A DNA stretch of 64,000 nt from Dehalococcoidia bacterium (lineage in GTDB: Bacteria > Chloroflexota > Dehalococcoidia > Lucifugimonadales > UBA3495): the NCBI GenBank assembly GCA_965249215.1, contig CBDFLN010000002.1, forward strand, positions 186,662 to 250,661, read 5' to 3'. How positions within the stretch are numbered: position 1 is the first letter of the stretch; each line of letters starts with the position of its first letter. The notes below the pieces were generated by a model. The model saw nothing but the letters and a program-made list of their open reading frames with translations, did no database searches and had not been told where the DNA came from. Below, piece by piece: positions 35,480 through 44,883 of the stretch. Position numbers and translations under genes: made by a program.

Positions 35480-37198
35480 CCCGAATCCACCGAAGGAGGG
35501 CGTCGGGTTAGCGTCCTGAAGCGGCAAGAAGGTGCTCCTGTGCTTCTGGGATAATGGTTTTGTAGCAAAAAACCGACCCCGGAAAAGGAGCACCCAATAG
35601 ATGCTGCCACGCAACCACCCCGACCGGATCCAAATCACCTTCGACGACCGCCGCTTGGTGGCCAATGCCGGGCTGCTCCTTCCGGCCACCCTGGCGCGGC
35701 ACCTCGGCCTGCCCGAACTCGTCCGGCAGCGCCTCGACCTGGGCGATGCCCCGGGGCGGGCGAACACGAGCGACAAGATGATGACGCTGGTGGCGTCTGC
35801 GCTGGCTGGGGGCGACTGCATTGACGACGCCGATGTGTTGCGCACCGGGGGGACGGCCTGCACCCTGGGCGGCACGGTCAAGGCGCCATCCACCCTGGGC
35901 ACCTTCCTGCGCAGCTTCCGGTGGGGCCACGTCCGTCAACTCGACCGGGTGAGCCGCGAGTTGCTGGCCCGGGCTTGGCAGGCCGGGGCGGGACCCGGCG
36001 ACGGGCCCCTGACCATTGACCTGGACTCCACCATCTGCGAGACCTACGGACTGGCCAAGGAGGGCGCACGCCACCACGGCTATACCGGCAAGCGGGGCTA
36101 TCACCCGCTGTTGGCCGTCGCCGCCGGCACCGGCGACGTGCTGATGTCCCGGCTGCGCGAGGGCCGCGCCAACACCGCCCGGGGCGCCGCCCACTTTCTG
36201 CGGGAGACGGTGGGGCGGGTACGCTACGCCGGGGCCAACGGACGACTCACGCTACGGGCCGACAGCGGGTTCTACACTCATGGCGTGGTATCCGTCTGCC
36301 GCAAGATGGATGTCCGCTTCTCCATCACCATCCGCCAGCACAAGAGCCTGCGCAATCTCATCGAGACGATACCCGAGGATGCCTGGACTCCCATTCCCTA
36401 CTGGATGGACGGCGCCGCCGATGTGGCCGAGACCACCTGCACTCCCTTCCAGAGTGAACCTGACGCCGCGCCGGTGCGGCTCATCGTCCGGCGTGTGAAG
36501 CCCACGCCCGGTTCCCAGTTGGCCCTCTTCGCCAAATACAGCTATCACGGCTTCATCACCGACCGGGACGGGGAGTTGCTCGAACTGGAGGCTGACCATC
36601 GCCGCCACGCCGAGATCGAGAATGCCATACGCGACCTCAAGTACGGCGTCGGGCTCAACCATCTCCCCTCGGGCCGCTTCGCCGCCAACGGCGCCTGGCT
36701 GGCCGTCCAGACGATGGCCCACAACCTGGCCCGCTGGACCGCGCGGATCGGTCTGGGAGAGCGGATAGCCACCACCAAGACCCTCCGGCGGCGGTTCTTC
36801 TCCCTGGCCGGACGGCTCACCCGCTCGGCACGCCGGTTGACCCTGCATCTTCCGGATCGCTGGCCTTGGGCTGAGAAGTTCAGCCGCGCCTTGGCCCGGC
36901 TGCGAGCCATTCCACTCCCGGCCTGACGGCACCGTCGGCGACCGACCCACCCACCGGACAACCGAAGATCCCCGCAGACTCGCGCCAGCCCGGTCCGAGA
37001 GAGTTCCCTGTTGCGTATTCTCTCGCCATCCCGCGCATCGCAGCTCCTGCAGACGGCCATAGGGGCCCCTGTGCGGCGATGAAGACCGTCCGCCGACCTC
37101 CCTACCCCAAATGGAACCCAGGCTATTTCCCCTGTAGCTCCCTCATCCCCCTTCCGCTTTCCTCACGCCGTCCATCGGTGTCCTTCGGTGGATTCGGG
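35480..37198 (+). mobile_element. IS1380-family insertion sequence (1719 bp)
   Basis: Perfect 18-bp terminal inverted repeats CCCGAATCCACCGAAGGA (35480-35497) and TCCTTCGGTGGATTCGGG (37181-37198). Flanking 5-bp direct repeat ATTAG (35475-35479 and 37199-37203). Confidence 0.9.
35601..36926 (+). CDS. IS1380-family DDE transposase
   Basis: 441 aa. N-terminus ..ITFDDRRLVANAGLLLPATLA.., plus IDLDSTICETYG, LRADSGFY and HAEIENAIRDLK. Confidence 0.85.
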   Translation: MLPRNHPDRIQITFDDRRLVANAGLLLPATLARHLGLPELVRQRLDLGDAPGRANTSDKMMTLVASALAGGDCIDDADVLRTGGTACTLGGTVKAPSTLGTFLRSFRWGHVRQLDRVSRELLARAWQAGAGPGDGPLTIDLDSTICETYGLAKEGARHHGYTGKRGYHPLLAVAAGTGDVLMSRLREGRANTARGAAHFLRETVGRVRYAGANGRLTLRADSGFYTHGVVSVCRKMDVRFSITIRQHKSLRNLIETIPEDAWTPIPYWMDGAADVAETTCTPFQSEPDAAPVRLIVRRVKPTPGSQLALFAKYSYHGFITDRDGELLELEADHRRHAEIENAIRDLKYGVGLNHLPSGRFAANGAWLAVQTMAHNLARWTARIGLGERIATTKTLRRRFFSLAGRLTRSARRLTLHLPDRWPWAEKFSRALARLRAIPLPA

Positions 37199-37223
37199 AT
37201 TAGACTAAAGGCCGGAGGCTGTT

Positions 37224-37415
37224 GTGGCGGACCTGAGTAGAGATGAAATCCGGGCTATGGGCCATGCCGTCGGCCTGGAAATACAAGAGCCCGACCTTAC
37301 CGAAGTCATGCACAGCCTGAACGCCTTGCTGGAATCCCTGGACCGGATCAACCCGCCCGGCTTGGACGGCGTGGAGCCGTTGCCTATCCTTCTTCCCCCG
37401 GGCCAGGCCGCCTAA
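37224..37415 (+). CDS. GatC-like / amidase-accessory-like small protein
   Basis: LSRDEIRAMGHAVGLEIQEPDLTEVMHSLNALLESLDRIN..LDGVEP follows the GatC pattern. GTG start with GGAGG 5 nt upstream, about 20 nt from the IS1380 end. Confidence 0.45.
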   Translation: MADLSRDEIRAMGHAVGLEIQEPDLTEVMHSLNALLESLDRINPPGLDGVEPLPILLPPGQAA

Positions 37416-37469
37416 CCGCCAATCCCCAGCATTGCGGCGGGTAGACCCCAGCGAGACGGGGCCTGGAAG

Positions 37470-38468
37470 CTAGGCTTGGGTCAACTCCCGCACCGCTTCC
37501 TGGAATGCCGGCACCACCTGCTGCCAGTCTCCCACCACCCCGTAACGGGCCTCTTTGAAGATATTGGCCTCGGCGTCCTTGTTGATGGCCACTATGACCT
37601 TGGCGCCGGAGCATCCGGCCATGTGCTGGCTGGCCCCGGAAATCGCGACCGTGATGTACAGGTCCGGGGTGATCGACTTCCCCGTCAACCCCACTTGATA
37701 GGCAATGGGAATCCACCCAGAGTCCACCGCCGCACGGGACGCCCCCAAGGCGCCGCCCAGAAGCTTGGCCAGTTGCTCCAGTCCCTCGAAGGGCTCAGGC
37801 CCACCCAAGCCTCGGCCGCCGGAGACCACCACCCTGGCGTCCTCCAGCTTGACCCCCGTCGACTCCTCCTCCACGCGTTCCAGGATGCGGTTCTTGGCCT
37901 GTGAGGCTTCCAGGTCCACCGGGAACGAGACCACCTCTCCCTGCCTCGAAGGGTCGGGCTCCCTGGGCTCGTAAACCTTGGGCCGCACCGCCGCAATCTG
38001 CGGAGTGTATTCGCAACTCACCACCGCCACCGCGTTGCCGCCGTACACCGGCCGGTTGGCCAGCAACCGCTTTGAGTCGGGGTCTACCGAGACCTCCAGG
38101 CAGTCCTGGGCCAGCCCCACGCCCAGGCGAAAGGCCAGTCGCGGAGCAAGTTCTCTTCCCTCTTCCGTCCGGCCAATCAGGATGATGTTGGGCGCCGTTT
38201 CCCGGCAAAGGGTCTCGATGGCCGCCAGGTACAGGTCTGCCTGGTAGTCTGCCAGCAACGGGTTGGTCACCGCGTACACCCGGTCGGCGCCGCCTTGAAT
38301 CGCCTGCTGGGCCGCCCGCTCCACGCTCTGCCCCAACAGGCCCACGGCCAGCTCCTCGCCGAGGTCGTCGGCCACCCTCCGTCCCGCCTCCAGCAATTCC
38401 TGGCCGGTGGAACTCAGGTCTTCCCCCGCGGTTTGGGCTACCACCAGCACGCCCGTTGCGTCTGCCAT
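37470..38468 (-). CDS. etfA: electron transfer flavoprotein subunit alpha
   Basis: C-terminal FAD-binding [18 protein letters not shown]. Confidence 0.85.
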   Translation of the reverse strand: MADATGVLVVAQTAGEDLSSTGQELLEAGRRVADDLGEELAVGLLGQSVERAAQQAIQGGADRVYAVTNPLLADYQADLYLAAIETLCRETAPNIILIGRTEEGRELAPRLAFRLGVGLAQDCLEVSVDPDSKRLLANRPVYGGNAVAVVSCEYTPQIAAVRPKVYEPREPDPSRQGEVVSFPVDLEASQAKNRILERVEEESTGVKLEDARVVVSGGRGLGGPEPFEGLEQLAKLLGGALGASRAAVDSGWIPIAYQVGLTGKSITPDLYITVAISGASQHMAGCSGAKVIVAINKDAEANIFKEARYGVVGDWQQVVPAFQEAVRELTQA

Positions 38469-38546
38469 CTGCTTTCCTCCGGATAGTCGGAGTTGCGGCG
38501 CCGTCGGTCCGCAATCTCCCGTGATTGCCCTTTACCTGATCGCCTT

Positions 38547-39347
38547 CTAAATGAGCTTGGCTTCCCTCAGCTTGAACGCCAGTTGACGTCCGGCGTCGGC
38601 CGCATCGTCTCCCTCGATGATTTCGCATTCCTGGCTACTCTGCGGTATGAACAGTTCCCGCAGCGACACCCGCGGCTGCAACTCGTCAAGGTCCAGGCCC
38701 AGGTCCGCCGCGGTCCATACGGTAGGGCTCTTCCTGGTGGCCGCCATGATGCCCCGCAGCGTCGGGTAACGGGGTTGCCCCAGTTCGTTGCTCACGGTGA
38801 CCAACGCAGGCAGCGGGGCCTCGTTCACCGTGTAACCCGCCGACGTGGTGCACTCGGCGACCACGGTCCCGTCTTTGACCTCGACCTTGCGGCACAGGGC
38901 AATGCACGATACTCCCAGGATTTCGGCCACTCCCAGGGGCACCTGGGCGTTGTCCCAGTCCGAGGCCTGCCGCCCGCAGATAACCAGGTCGAACCCCTCC
39001 AGCTTGCGGATGGCCGCCGCCAGCACTTGGGCCGTGAAAAAGCTGTCTATGGTGTTCTGGAAGGCATCGTCCTGCAAGAGGACCAGCTCGTCCGCTCCCA
39101 TGGACAGGGGCTTCTTCATCACGTCCATAGCGAACGACGTGCCGCTGGAAATGACCGTAATCGCCGCTTCCTGCGAGTCCTTGATTAGCAGGGCCGCCTC
39201 TACGGCGTTTTCGTCGAATCCGTTCACAACCGGGGCTATGCTGGGAGGCGTGACCACTTTTTTCGCGCCGGAATCAACCTGGAAAGCGGAGGCGGGCATC
39301 TCCGGGTCGATCACCTGCTTAGCCAGGACTGCAATTTTCAATGGCAT
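38547..39347 (-). CDS. etfB: electron transfer flavoprotein subunit beta
   Basis: MPLKIAVLAKQVIDPE.. 266 aa, directly upstream of etfA. Confidence 0.85.
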   Translation of the reverse strand: MPLKIAVLAKQVIDPEMPASAFQVDSGAKKVVTPPSIAPVVNGFDENAVEAALLIKDSQEAAITVISSGTSFAMDVMKKPLSMGADELVLLQDDAFQNTIDSFFTAQVLAAAIRKLEGFDLVICGRQASDWDNAQVPLGVAEILGVSCIALCRKVEVKDGTVVAECTTSAGYTVNEAPLPALVTVSNELGQPRYPTLRGIMAATRKSPTVWTAADLGLDLDELQPRVSLRELFIPQSSQECEIIEGDDAADAGRQLAFKLREAKLI

Positions 39348-39553
39348 CGCCGATTCTCCTCGCCCGCTTTCCGTGTGTGAAACATATCACTAAGCTCGAC
39401 GCAGTGTCAACGAAGCTGGCCGCGCCCCGCCCGCTGTAGTCAACGCCGGCTGGCCTTGGACTGGCTGCCCCTGCTCCCCTTCCGACGCCCCCGGTGCGCT
39501 TTGAAGCGGTGCCTGGTTCTCCTATCTACCCGGGCAATGGAAAGCCCGCTGCG

Positions 39554-39562
39554 TGATATAAT
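39554..39562 (+). promoter_or_regulatory. extended -10 element upstream of htpX
   Basis: TGATATAAT, about 80 nt upstream of ATG 39644. No convincing -35. Confidence 0.3.
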
Positions 39563-39643
39563 GGATTGTACAATAAATTAGCTTGCGGCGGCCCCGCGGG
39601 CGGGGGGCCCAGAGCGAAACCCAGGCGTGGAGTCTCGAAAAAC

Positions 39644-40498
39644 ATGAACACCTTTAAGACCTTCTTCCTGTTGATGCTCCTCAGCGGCATTCTTGTTGCC
39701 GTCGGCGGGGCCTTTGGCGGCACGACCGGCATCATAATTGCCCTTGTGTTCGCTGTGGCCCTCAACTTCTTCGCCTACTGGTCCAGCGACAAGATTGCTT
39801 TGAAAATGGCCCACGCCCATCCTGTGACCGAGCAGGAAAACCCCGAGCTGTACAGCATCGTCTCCGAGCAGGCCTCGCTGGCCGGTCTTCCCATGCCCAA
39901 GGTGTATGAAATCCAGTCTGATTCTCCCAACGCCTTCGCCACCGGCCGCAACCCCCAGCACGCCACCGTGGCCGTCACCACCGGCATCCGGCGTATCCTG
40001 AACCGCCAGGAGTTGGGCGGTGTGCTCGCTCACGAGATGGCCCACGTGGGCAACCGGGACACTCTGATAATGGCCGTGGTTGCCACCATCGCCGGCGCCA
40101 TCTCCATGCTGGCCTTCATGGCCCAGATGTCCGCCATCTTCGGAGGCTTTGGCGGCGGTGGCGGCCGCGACCGCGGCGGCAGCATGATTGGCCTGCTGGT
40201 CATCGCCATAGTCATGCCCTTGGCCGCTGCCCTGGTCCGCGCCGCCATTTCCCGCACCAGGGAGTTTCAAGCCGACGCAACCGGCGCACACACCTCCGGC
40301 GATGCCCTAGCCTTGGCCAGCGCCCTGGAGAAGCTCGAGATGGGCAGCCAGGCCCGCCCCATGAAGGTGTCCGAAGGCGCATCCCATCTCTTTATCGTCA
40401 ACCCTCTCAGGGGCCAGTCCATGGCCAACCTCTTCTCCACCCATCCTCCCATCCAGGAGCGGGTGCGCCGGCTGCGGGATACCCGGCCCAACTTCTAG
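39644..40498 (+). CDS. htpX: zinc metalloprotease HtpX (M48)
   Basis: HEMAHV motif, N-terminal TM helices, start at MNTFKTFFLL. Confidence 0.85.
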   Translation: MNTFKTFFLLMLLSGILVAVGGAFGGTTGIIIALVFAVALNFFAYWSSDKIALKMAHAHPVTEQENPELYSIVSEQASLAGLPMPKVYEIQSDSPNAFATGRNPQHATVAVTTGIRRILNRQELGGVLAHEMAHVGNRDTLIMAVVATIAGAISMLAFMAQMSAIFGGFGGGGGRDRGGSMIGLLVIAIVMPLAAALVRAAISRTREFQADATGAHTSGDALALASALEKLEMGSQARPMKVSEGASHLFIVNPLRGQSMANLFSTHPPIQERVRRLRDTRPNF

Positions 40499-40659
40499 CC
40501 CCTGTCGCCCTCCCTTCCATCGTAAGGAACGGCCCTGCCTTCCTCCGTTTCCAGCTGGGAAAAGATAGGGAGTCCCCCAGGCCCGGCCCCGTCGCGACTC
40601 CGGCTATTCCGGCCTCACTCCCCATTCCCTTCCTTACGCTATAATTGCCGGGCTACGAC

Positions 40660-42021
40660 ATGGGTGGTTGCCTCTTGATACTGCTTAGGCCGGTGTTGAC
40701 CCTCGCCCTGGGGGTCCTGTTCTTCGTCGCGTTCCTTTGGTGGGGCTTGCAGGACAACGTCACCGGCAAGCTCCTCACCGCCGAGTTCTATACCGATACC
40801 ATCTCCCAGGAGGACGCCTACAACCGCATATACGACCAGGTCTTACTGGACGAGGAGTTGGAGGAGACGACCCAGGACTTGCTGGGCGGCGTCCAGGTGG
40901 TGAGCCAGGCGGAAATTGCGGCCCTGCTCCGGGACATACTCCCTCCCGACTACCTCCAGTCTCAGACCGAGGTTTCTATCCAGCGAACCGTCGAATACTT
41001 CAGGGGCGACCGGGAGACGTTGGACATCTACGTGGCGCTCGGGCCTCCATTGGACAACGTCAGGCCCGTCGTCCTCGCATACATCGACCAGCGCATTGAC
41101 GGGTTGGAAGAGCAGGACTTGGGCCGGTTGCAGTGCACCGAACAACAGGCCAACGACGTGGCCGACATTTACCGCGACCGTTGGCAGCGGCTGTCCCAGG
41201 GCGAAGCGCCCTCGAGCATACCTTCCCTGGCCTCATTCGAGGAAGTGTGCCGCGAGACCATATTCGAGTTAGCTTTCGAGGACCTGCTCGCCAAGGCTGG
41301 CCTGGATAACCGGGCGAGGCAGGACCTGCGGGCTCAGCGGGGCGACCTGAAGGAACACTTCAGGAAGGGAGAGGCGAAAGAAGTCTTGAAGTTGGCCGCC
41401 CGCCCCTTGGCCGGCCCGTTAATCGATGACGCCATCCAGGATATCCGGGACCGCCTCGACTCTCAGGACCGGTTTGACCTGATTCGCAACGTCGCCGACT
41501 GGAACAACACCGACGAGCAGGAGCTCCGGGCTGACTTGGACTCGGCCCGGGACGTATTCTCCCGCGGCAGGCAGTCCGCCAAGTGGGGCGCCTTAGTCGT
41601 GCTGGTCCTTAGCTCTGTTCTCATGCTGCTGCTTCACTTTCCGAGACTCAAGAACGGCCTGCTTTTCCTGGGATTCACCATGTTTTCCACCGGCCTGTTC
41701 TTCTACATCGCCGGTAGGGTTGCCGCGGCCCAACTGCCCGGGCGTGTACGGGACCTGGTGGAATTGGGCTCGGACCAGTTGACCGACGTGCCGCCGTCGA
41801 TCACTGAACTTGGAGAAGACCTTCTGGTCTCTTTCGGGAGACAACTTGTTGGCGGTGTCGATGTCCCCGCCTTGGTCGTGCTGATCGTAGGCGTCGTCGT
41901 GTTCGGAACGTCCTTCTTCGTCGACCGCCTGTTGTCCCCTTTGCGCTCCCTCTGGGACAGCCCCGGCGACGAACAGCGACCTCCGCCTAGCTCAGACGCC
42001 CAGGATTCCGGGGAATGGTGA
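40660..42021 (+). CDS. membrane protein, function unknown
   Basis: N-terminal TM helix, a large soluble acidic domain, two or three C-terminal TM helices. ATG 40660 is preferred because TTG 40645 overlaps a TATAAT box (40640-40645). Confidence 0.55.
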   Translation: MGGCLLILLRPVLTLALGVLFFVAFLWWGLQDNVTGKLLTAEFYTDTISQEDAYNRIYDQVLLDEELEETTQDLLGGVQVVSQAEIAALLRDILPPDYLQSQTEVSIQRTVEYFRGDRETLDIYVALGPPLDNVRPVVLAYIDQRIDGLEEQDLGRLQCTEQQANDVADIYRDRWQRLSQGEAPSSIPSLASFEEVCRETIFELAFEDLLAKAGLDNRARQDLRAQRGDLKEHFRKGEAKEVLKLAARPLAGPLIDDAIQDIRDRLDSQDRFDLIRNVADWNNTDEQELRADLDSARDVFSRGRQSAKWGALVVLVLSSVLMLLLHFPRLKNGLLFLGFTMFSTGLFFYIAGRVAAAQLPGRVRDLVELGSDQLTDVPPSITELGEDLLVSFGRQLVGGVDVPALVVLIVGVVVFGTSFFVDRLLSPLRSLWDSPGDEQRPPPSSDAQDSGEW

Positions 42022-42074
42022 CATCCCGCCGGCTGCCCCTGCGACGAGCGAGCCGGCCGTCTGCCCCGGCCGTG

Positions 42075-43028
42075 CTATAGCCGCGCCCCCACAAACTGCG
42101 GGTATCCCATCAAGAACTCCGCTGCGGACAAGGCCCTGCGCCCCTCCAGTTGCAGCGACTTCAGCCCCAATACCCCGTCGGCGGTGCCTACTCCCACAGG
42201 CGTTTCGCCCGCCTCCAGCCGTACCACTTCTCCAGGCGTTGCCGCCGCCCCCATTGCCGGCAGGGCCGTAACCTCCAGAAGCTTCAATGTCTTGCCGTCC
42301 CAGTTGGTGAAGAGCCCCGGCCACGGGCTGAACGCCCGGCGTCGTCTCTCCAACTCCCAAGCCGGCGTCTTCCAATCTGCTTCTCCGTCCCTCCGCTCCA
42401 ACCGGCGGGTTGTCGTGGCCAGCGCCGCGTCCTGGGCTGTCGCTGTGACTTCCCCGGCCGCCCAGGGGCCCAAGGTGTCCAGGAGCAACCGTGCCCCTGC
42501 TTGGAACAGCTCCAGCGTCAAGTCGTTGGCCGTTTCATTTCCCGACAGGGGATATGCCAGTTGAGCGACAATAGGCCCTGTGTCCATTCCCTCGTCCAGC
42601 AGCATTAAAGTCACTCCCGTAACCGTTTCCCCCTCCAGGATTGCCGTGGCCACTGGGGAAGGACCCCGGTACTTGGGCAGCAACGAGGGATGCAGGTTCA
42701 GGCATCCCAGGGACGGCGCGTTCAGCGCCGCCGCCGGCAGCAACTGGCCGTAGGCGGCGACCACAATTGCGTCGGCCCCAAGCCCCGCCAATTGCTGCTG
42801 CGCCGCCTCGTTGCGCAGGCTGGCCGGCTGGAACACCGGGAGGCCCAGCTCCAAGGCGCAGCCCTTCAACGGCGGCATCTCCACCGCCCGGCCCCTTCCT
42901 TTGGGGCGGTCCGGCCGGGTATACACCGCTATGACCTCCGCCACTTCGGACTGGGTCAGGGCCTGCAACACCGGCGCCGCGAACGCCGGCGTCCCCATGA
43001 ACACAACGCGTATTTTATCCTTGGACAT
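42075..43028 (-). CDS. fmt: methionyl-tRNA formyltransferase
   Basis: IRVVFMGTPAFA.. and NLHPSLLPKYRG motifs. Confidence 0.9.
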   Translation of the reverse strand: MSKDKIRVVFMGTPAFAAPVLQALTQSEVAEVIAVYTRPDRPKGRGRAVEMPPLKGCALELGLPVFQPASLRNEAAQQQLAGLGADAIVVAAYGQLLPAAALNAPSLGCLNLHPSLLPKYRGPSPVATAILEGETVTGVTLMLLDEGMDTGPIVAQLAYPLSGNETANDLTLELFQAGARLLLDTLGPWAAGEVTATAQDAALATTTRRLERRDGEADWKTPAWELERRRRAFSPWPGLFTNWDGKTLKLLEVTALPAMGAAATPGEVVRLEAGETPVGVGTADGVLGLKSLQLEGRRALSAAEFLMGYPQFVGARL

Positions 43029-43215
43029 TTCGGCCCCTAGACGGCTCTTCGCCTACCTATTTCACCTTGACAGTCACGCTGCGCCGTTGCTAGAATAAGG
43101 GAACCGTCTACCGGAGCTCGAACTCCCCACGTTTGCACCGCCGGGAGTTTGGGCTCGACGGAAATGAGACGGAATTTAAGAAGGAGGTGATAGCGAATGG
43201 ACGTTAGTTTAGCAC

Positions 43216-43330
43216 CCAGGGGCGATGGTAGGCATCTGTCTGGACACGACGAGGTGATCGTCTCCTAGTTGTCCCTTACATACGAGAACCCGTTCGTCGG
43301 GCCCAGACCAATGCCTACCATCGCCCCTAG
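43216..43330. other. long-range inverted repeat (18 bp perfect) in the fmt-rpsP spacer
   Basis: AGGGGCGATGGTAGGCAT (43218-43235) pairs with ATGCCTACCATCGCCCCT (43311-43328). The 75-nt interior holds smaller hairpins (GACGAGGTGATCGTC, ACGAGAACCCGTTCGT). Confidence 0.6.
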
Positions 43331-43402
43331 ACCCGAGTGTCAAAGGGCGCTCTCACTGGCAGAGTGGCTGGGCCCGATGCCTTTTGTAAGCGCCCATATC
43401 AA

Positions 43403-43432
43403 TTGACATCCGTTGCCCCCCCGGCTTAAAAT
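43403..43432 (+). promoter_or_regulatory. putative rpsP operon promoter
   Basis: TTGACA (43403-43408), N18, TAAAAT (43427-43432), about 40 nt upstream of ATG 43474. Confidence 0.5.
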
Positions 43433-43473
43433 CCGTCATACCCACACTGCGCGCGTTATGCGCCGGAGAATAG

Positions 43474-43923
43474 ATGCTGCGAATTCGACTAAGAAGAGTC
43501 GGCAAGAAGAGGAGACCTTCCTATAGGATCGTAGTCGCCGAGGCCCGTTCCCCGCGGGATGGCGCCTATCTGGAATGGATTGGCAACTACGACCCCATGA
43601 CCGACCCTCCCGCCACGTCACTCAAGGTTGACAGGGCTGTCCAGTGGTTGAGCAACGGAGCTCAACCCTCCGACGCCGTAAGGCGCATACTCGACAAGAA
43701 CGGTATTAGCAAGAATGGTTCGGTAGTGGAGGTCGCCGCCGCCACAGCCGTTGACGACCTACCAGCGGCCGAGGAGTCCGATGCGCCGCCTGCGCAGGCT
43801 GAGGCCGGCGAAGAGGCAGTGGCAGCCGTTGAGCCGGCGGCGGATGAAATTGCTTCCGATGATGAAGCCCCCGCCGATGGGTCTTCCCCTGACGGGTCTT
43901 CCGAAGAGGGTCCCGCCGCATGA
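43474..43923 (+). CDS. rpsP: 30S ribosomal protein S16 with Ala/Glu-rich C-terminal extension
   Basis: MLRIRLRRVGKKRRPSYRIVVA.. Confidence 0.9.
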   Translation: MLRIRLRRVGKKRRPSYRIVVAEARSPRDGAYLEWIGNYDPMTDPPATSLKVDRAVQWLSNGAQPSDAVRRILDKNGISKNGSVVEVAAATAVDDLPAAEESDAPPAQAEAGEEAVAAVEPAADEIASDDEAPADGSSPDGSSEEGPAA

Positions 43924-44147
43924 AAGAGCTTATCGAGTACATCGCCCGGTCCCTGGCCAGCGACCCCGACGCGGTGCAAGTCACTGAAGTCGAAGAGGAC
44001 GGGCGCATCATCCTGCGCCTGGAAGTAGCGCCCGATGACAAGGGCAAGGTCATTGGCCGCCAGGGAAGGGTGGCCCAAGCCATGAGAGTGCTCCTCAGGG
44101 TCGCTGCAGTAAAGCACGGCGCCCACGCCGTTTTGGAGATCGTTTAA
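43920..44147 (+). CDS. KH domain RNA-binding protein (YlqC/UPF0109)
   Basis: ..DKGKVIGRQGRVAQAMRVLL.. Conserved position between rpsP and rimM. Confidence 0.85.
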   Translation: MKELIEYIARSLASDPDAVQVTEVEEDGRIILRLEVAPDDKGKVIGRQGRVAQAMRVLLRVAAVKHGAHAVLEIV

Positions 44148-44198
44148 CTCCTCTGCATCCCGGCCTGTTCCACCCAAGCCCGCCGGCGGTTACGCCAG

Positions 44199-44711
44199 GT
44201 GCCTGAACCCGATTCCGACAACTCCCACATAGTCGTCGGTCGTATCGTCGGCTCCCACGGCGTCTCCGGTGCTATTAGGGTCCGTGTAATGAGCGACGTT
44301 CCCCACCGGTTCGACTCCGAACGGCTTTTGCACGTCGGCGGCCATGCTTACTCGATTACCAACTCCGCTCCCGCGCCAAACGGCCAGATGATTCTCCAAC
44401 TCCAGGGCGTTGACTCCCTAGACGCCGCCCGCGGCCTGGTGGGGCAATCAGTGACCGTCCCGTTGGCCGCTGTCCCTCAGCTGCAGGAAGGAGAGTATTA
44501 CCACTTCCAGCTTTTGGGTATGAATGTGCTCACCGAAGAAGGCGAATGCCTTGGCCGCGTGCGGGAGATCCTGGAGACGGGCAGCAACGACGTCTATGTC
44601 GTTTCCGGCGAATCGGGAGAGGTGCTTATTCCCGCTTTGACCGAGGTAATTCGGGAGGTGCGCTTGAACGAGGGCCTCATGGTCGTAAAGCTGCTGGAAG
44701 GCCTCCGCTAA
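44199..44711 (+). CDS. rimM: 16S rRNA processing protein RimM
   Basis: VVGRIVGSHGVSGAIRV PRC-barrel layout. GTG start. Confidence 0.85.
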   Translation: MPEPDSDNSHIVVGRIVGSHGVSGAIRVRVMSDVPHRFDSERLLHVGGHAYSITNSAPAPNGQMILQLQGVDSLDAARGLVGQSVTVPLAAVPQLQEGEYYHFQLLGMNVLTEEGECLGRVREILETGSNDVYVVSGESGEVLIPALTEVIREVRLNEGLMVVKLLEGLR

Positions 44712-44883
44712 CCGCCTTTGACCGGGCAAATGCCCGGTGCTAAAATCCCCAGTAAGCGATTTCTCTTTCCCTGGCGATATAGGCTCAGGTTGAGGTCCTT
44801 CTCGACCAGGTCCGCCCCATAACCTATCTCCTCGAAGATACGGCCTGGCAGATTCGGCCTAGTAGATACGGATGGAGGCCCCC

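Noticed and set aside
35315-35902. 195-aa minus-strand ORF spanning the left end of the IS1380 element
   Set aside because: It crosses the IS boundary and runs antisense to the transposase start. Its composition is shadow-like.
43100-43440. SRP RNA, tmRNA, RNase P or 6S RNA in the fmt-rpsP spacer
   Set aside because: None of the conserved core motifs I can recall is present (SRP GGAA tetraloop helix, tmRNA tRNA-like 3-prime end, RNase P GAGGAAAGUCC). The region is kept only as an unassigned structured region.
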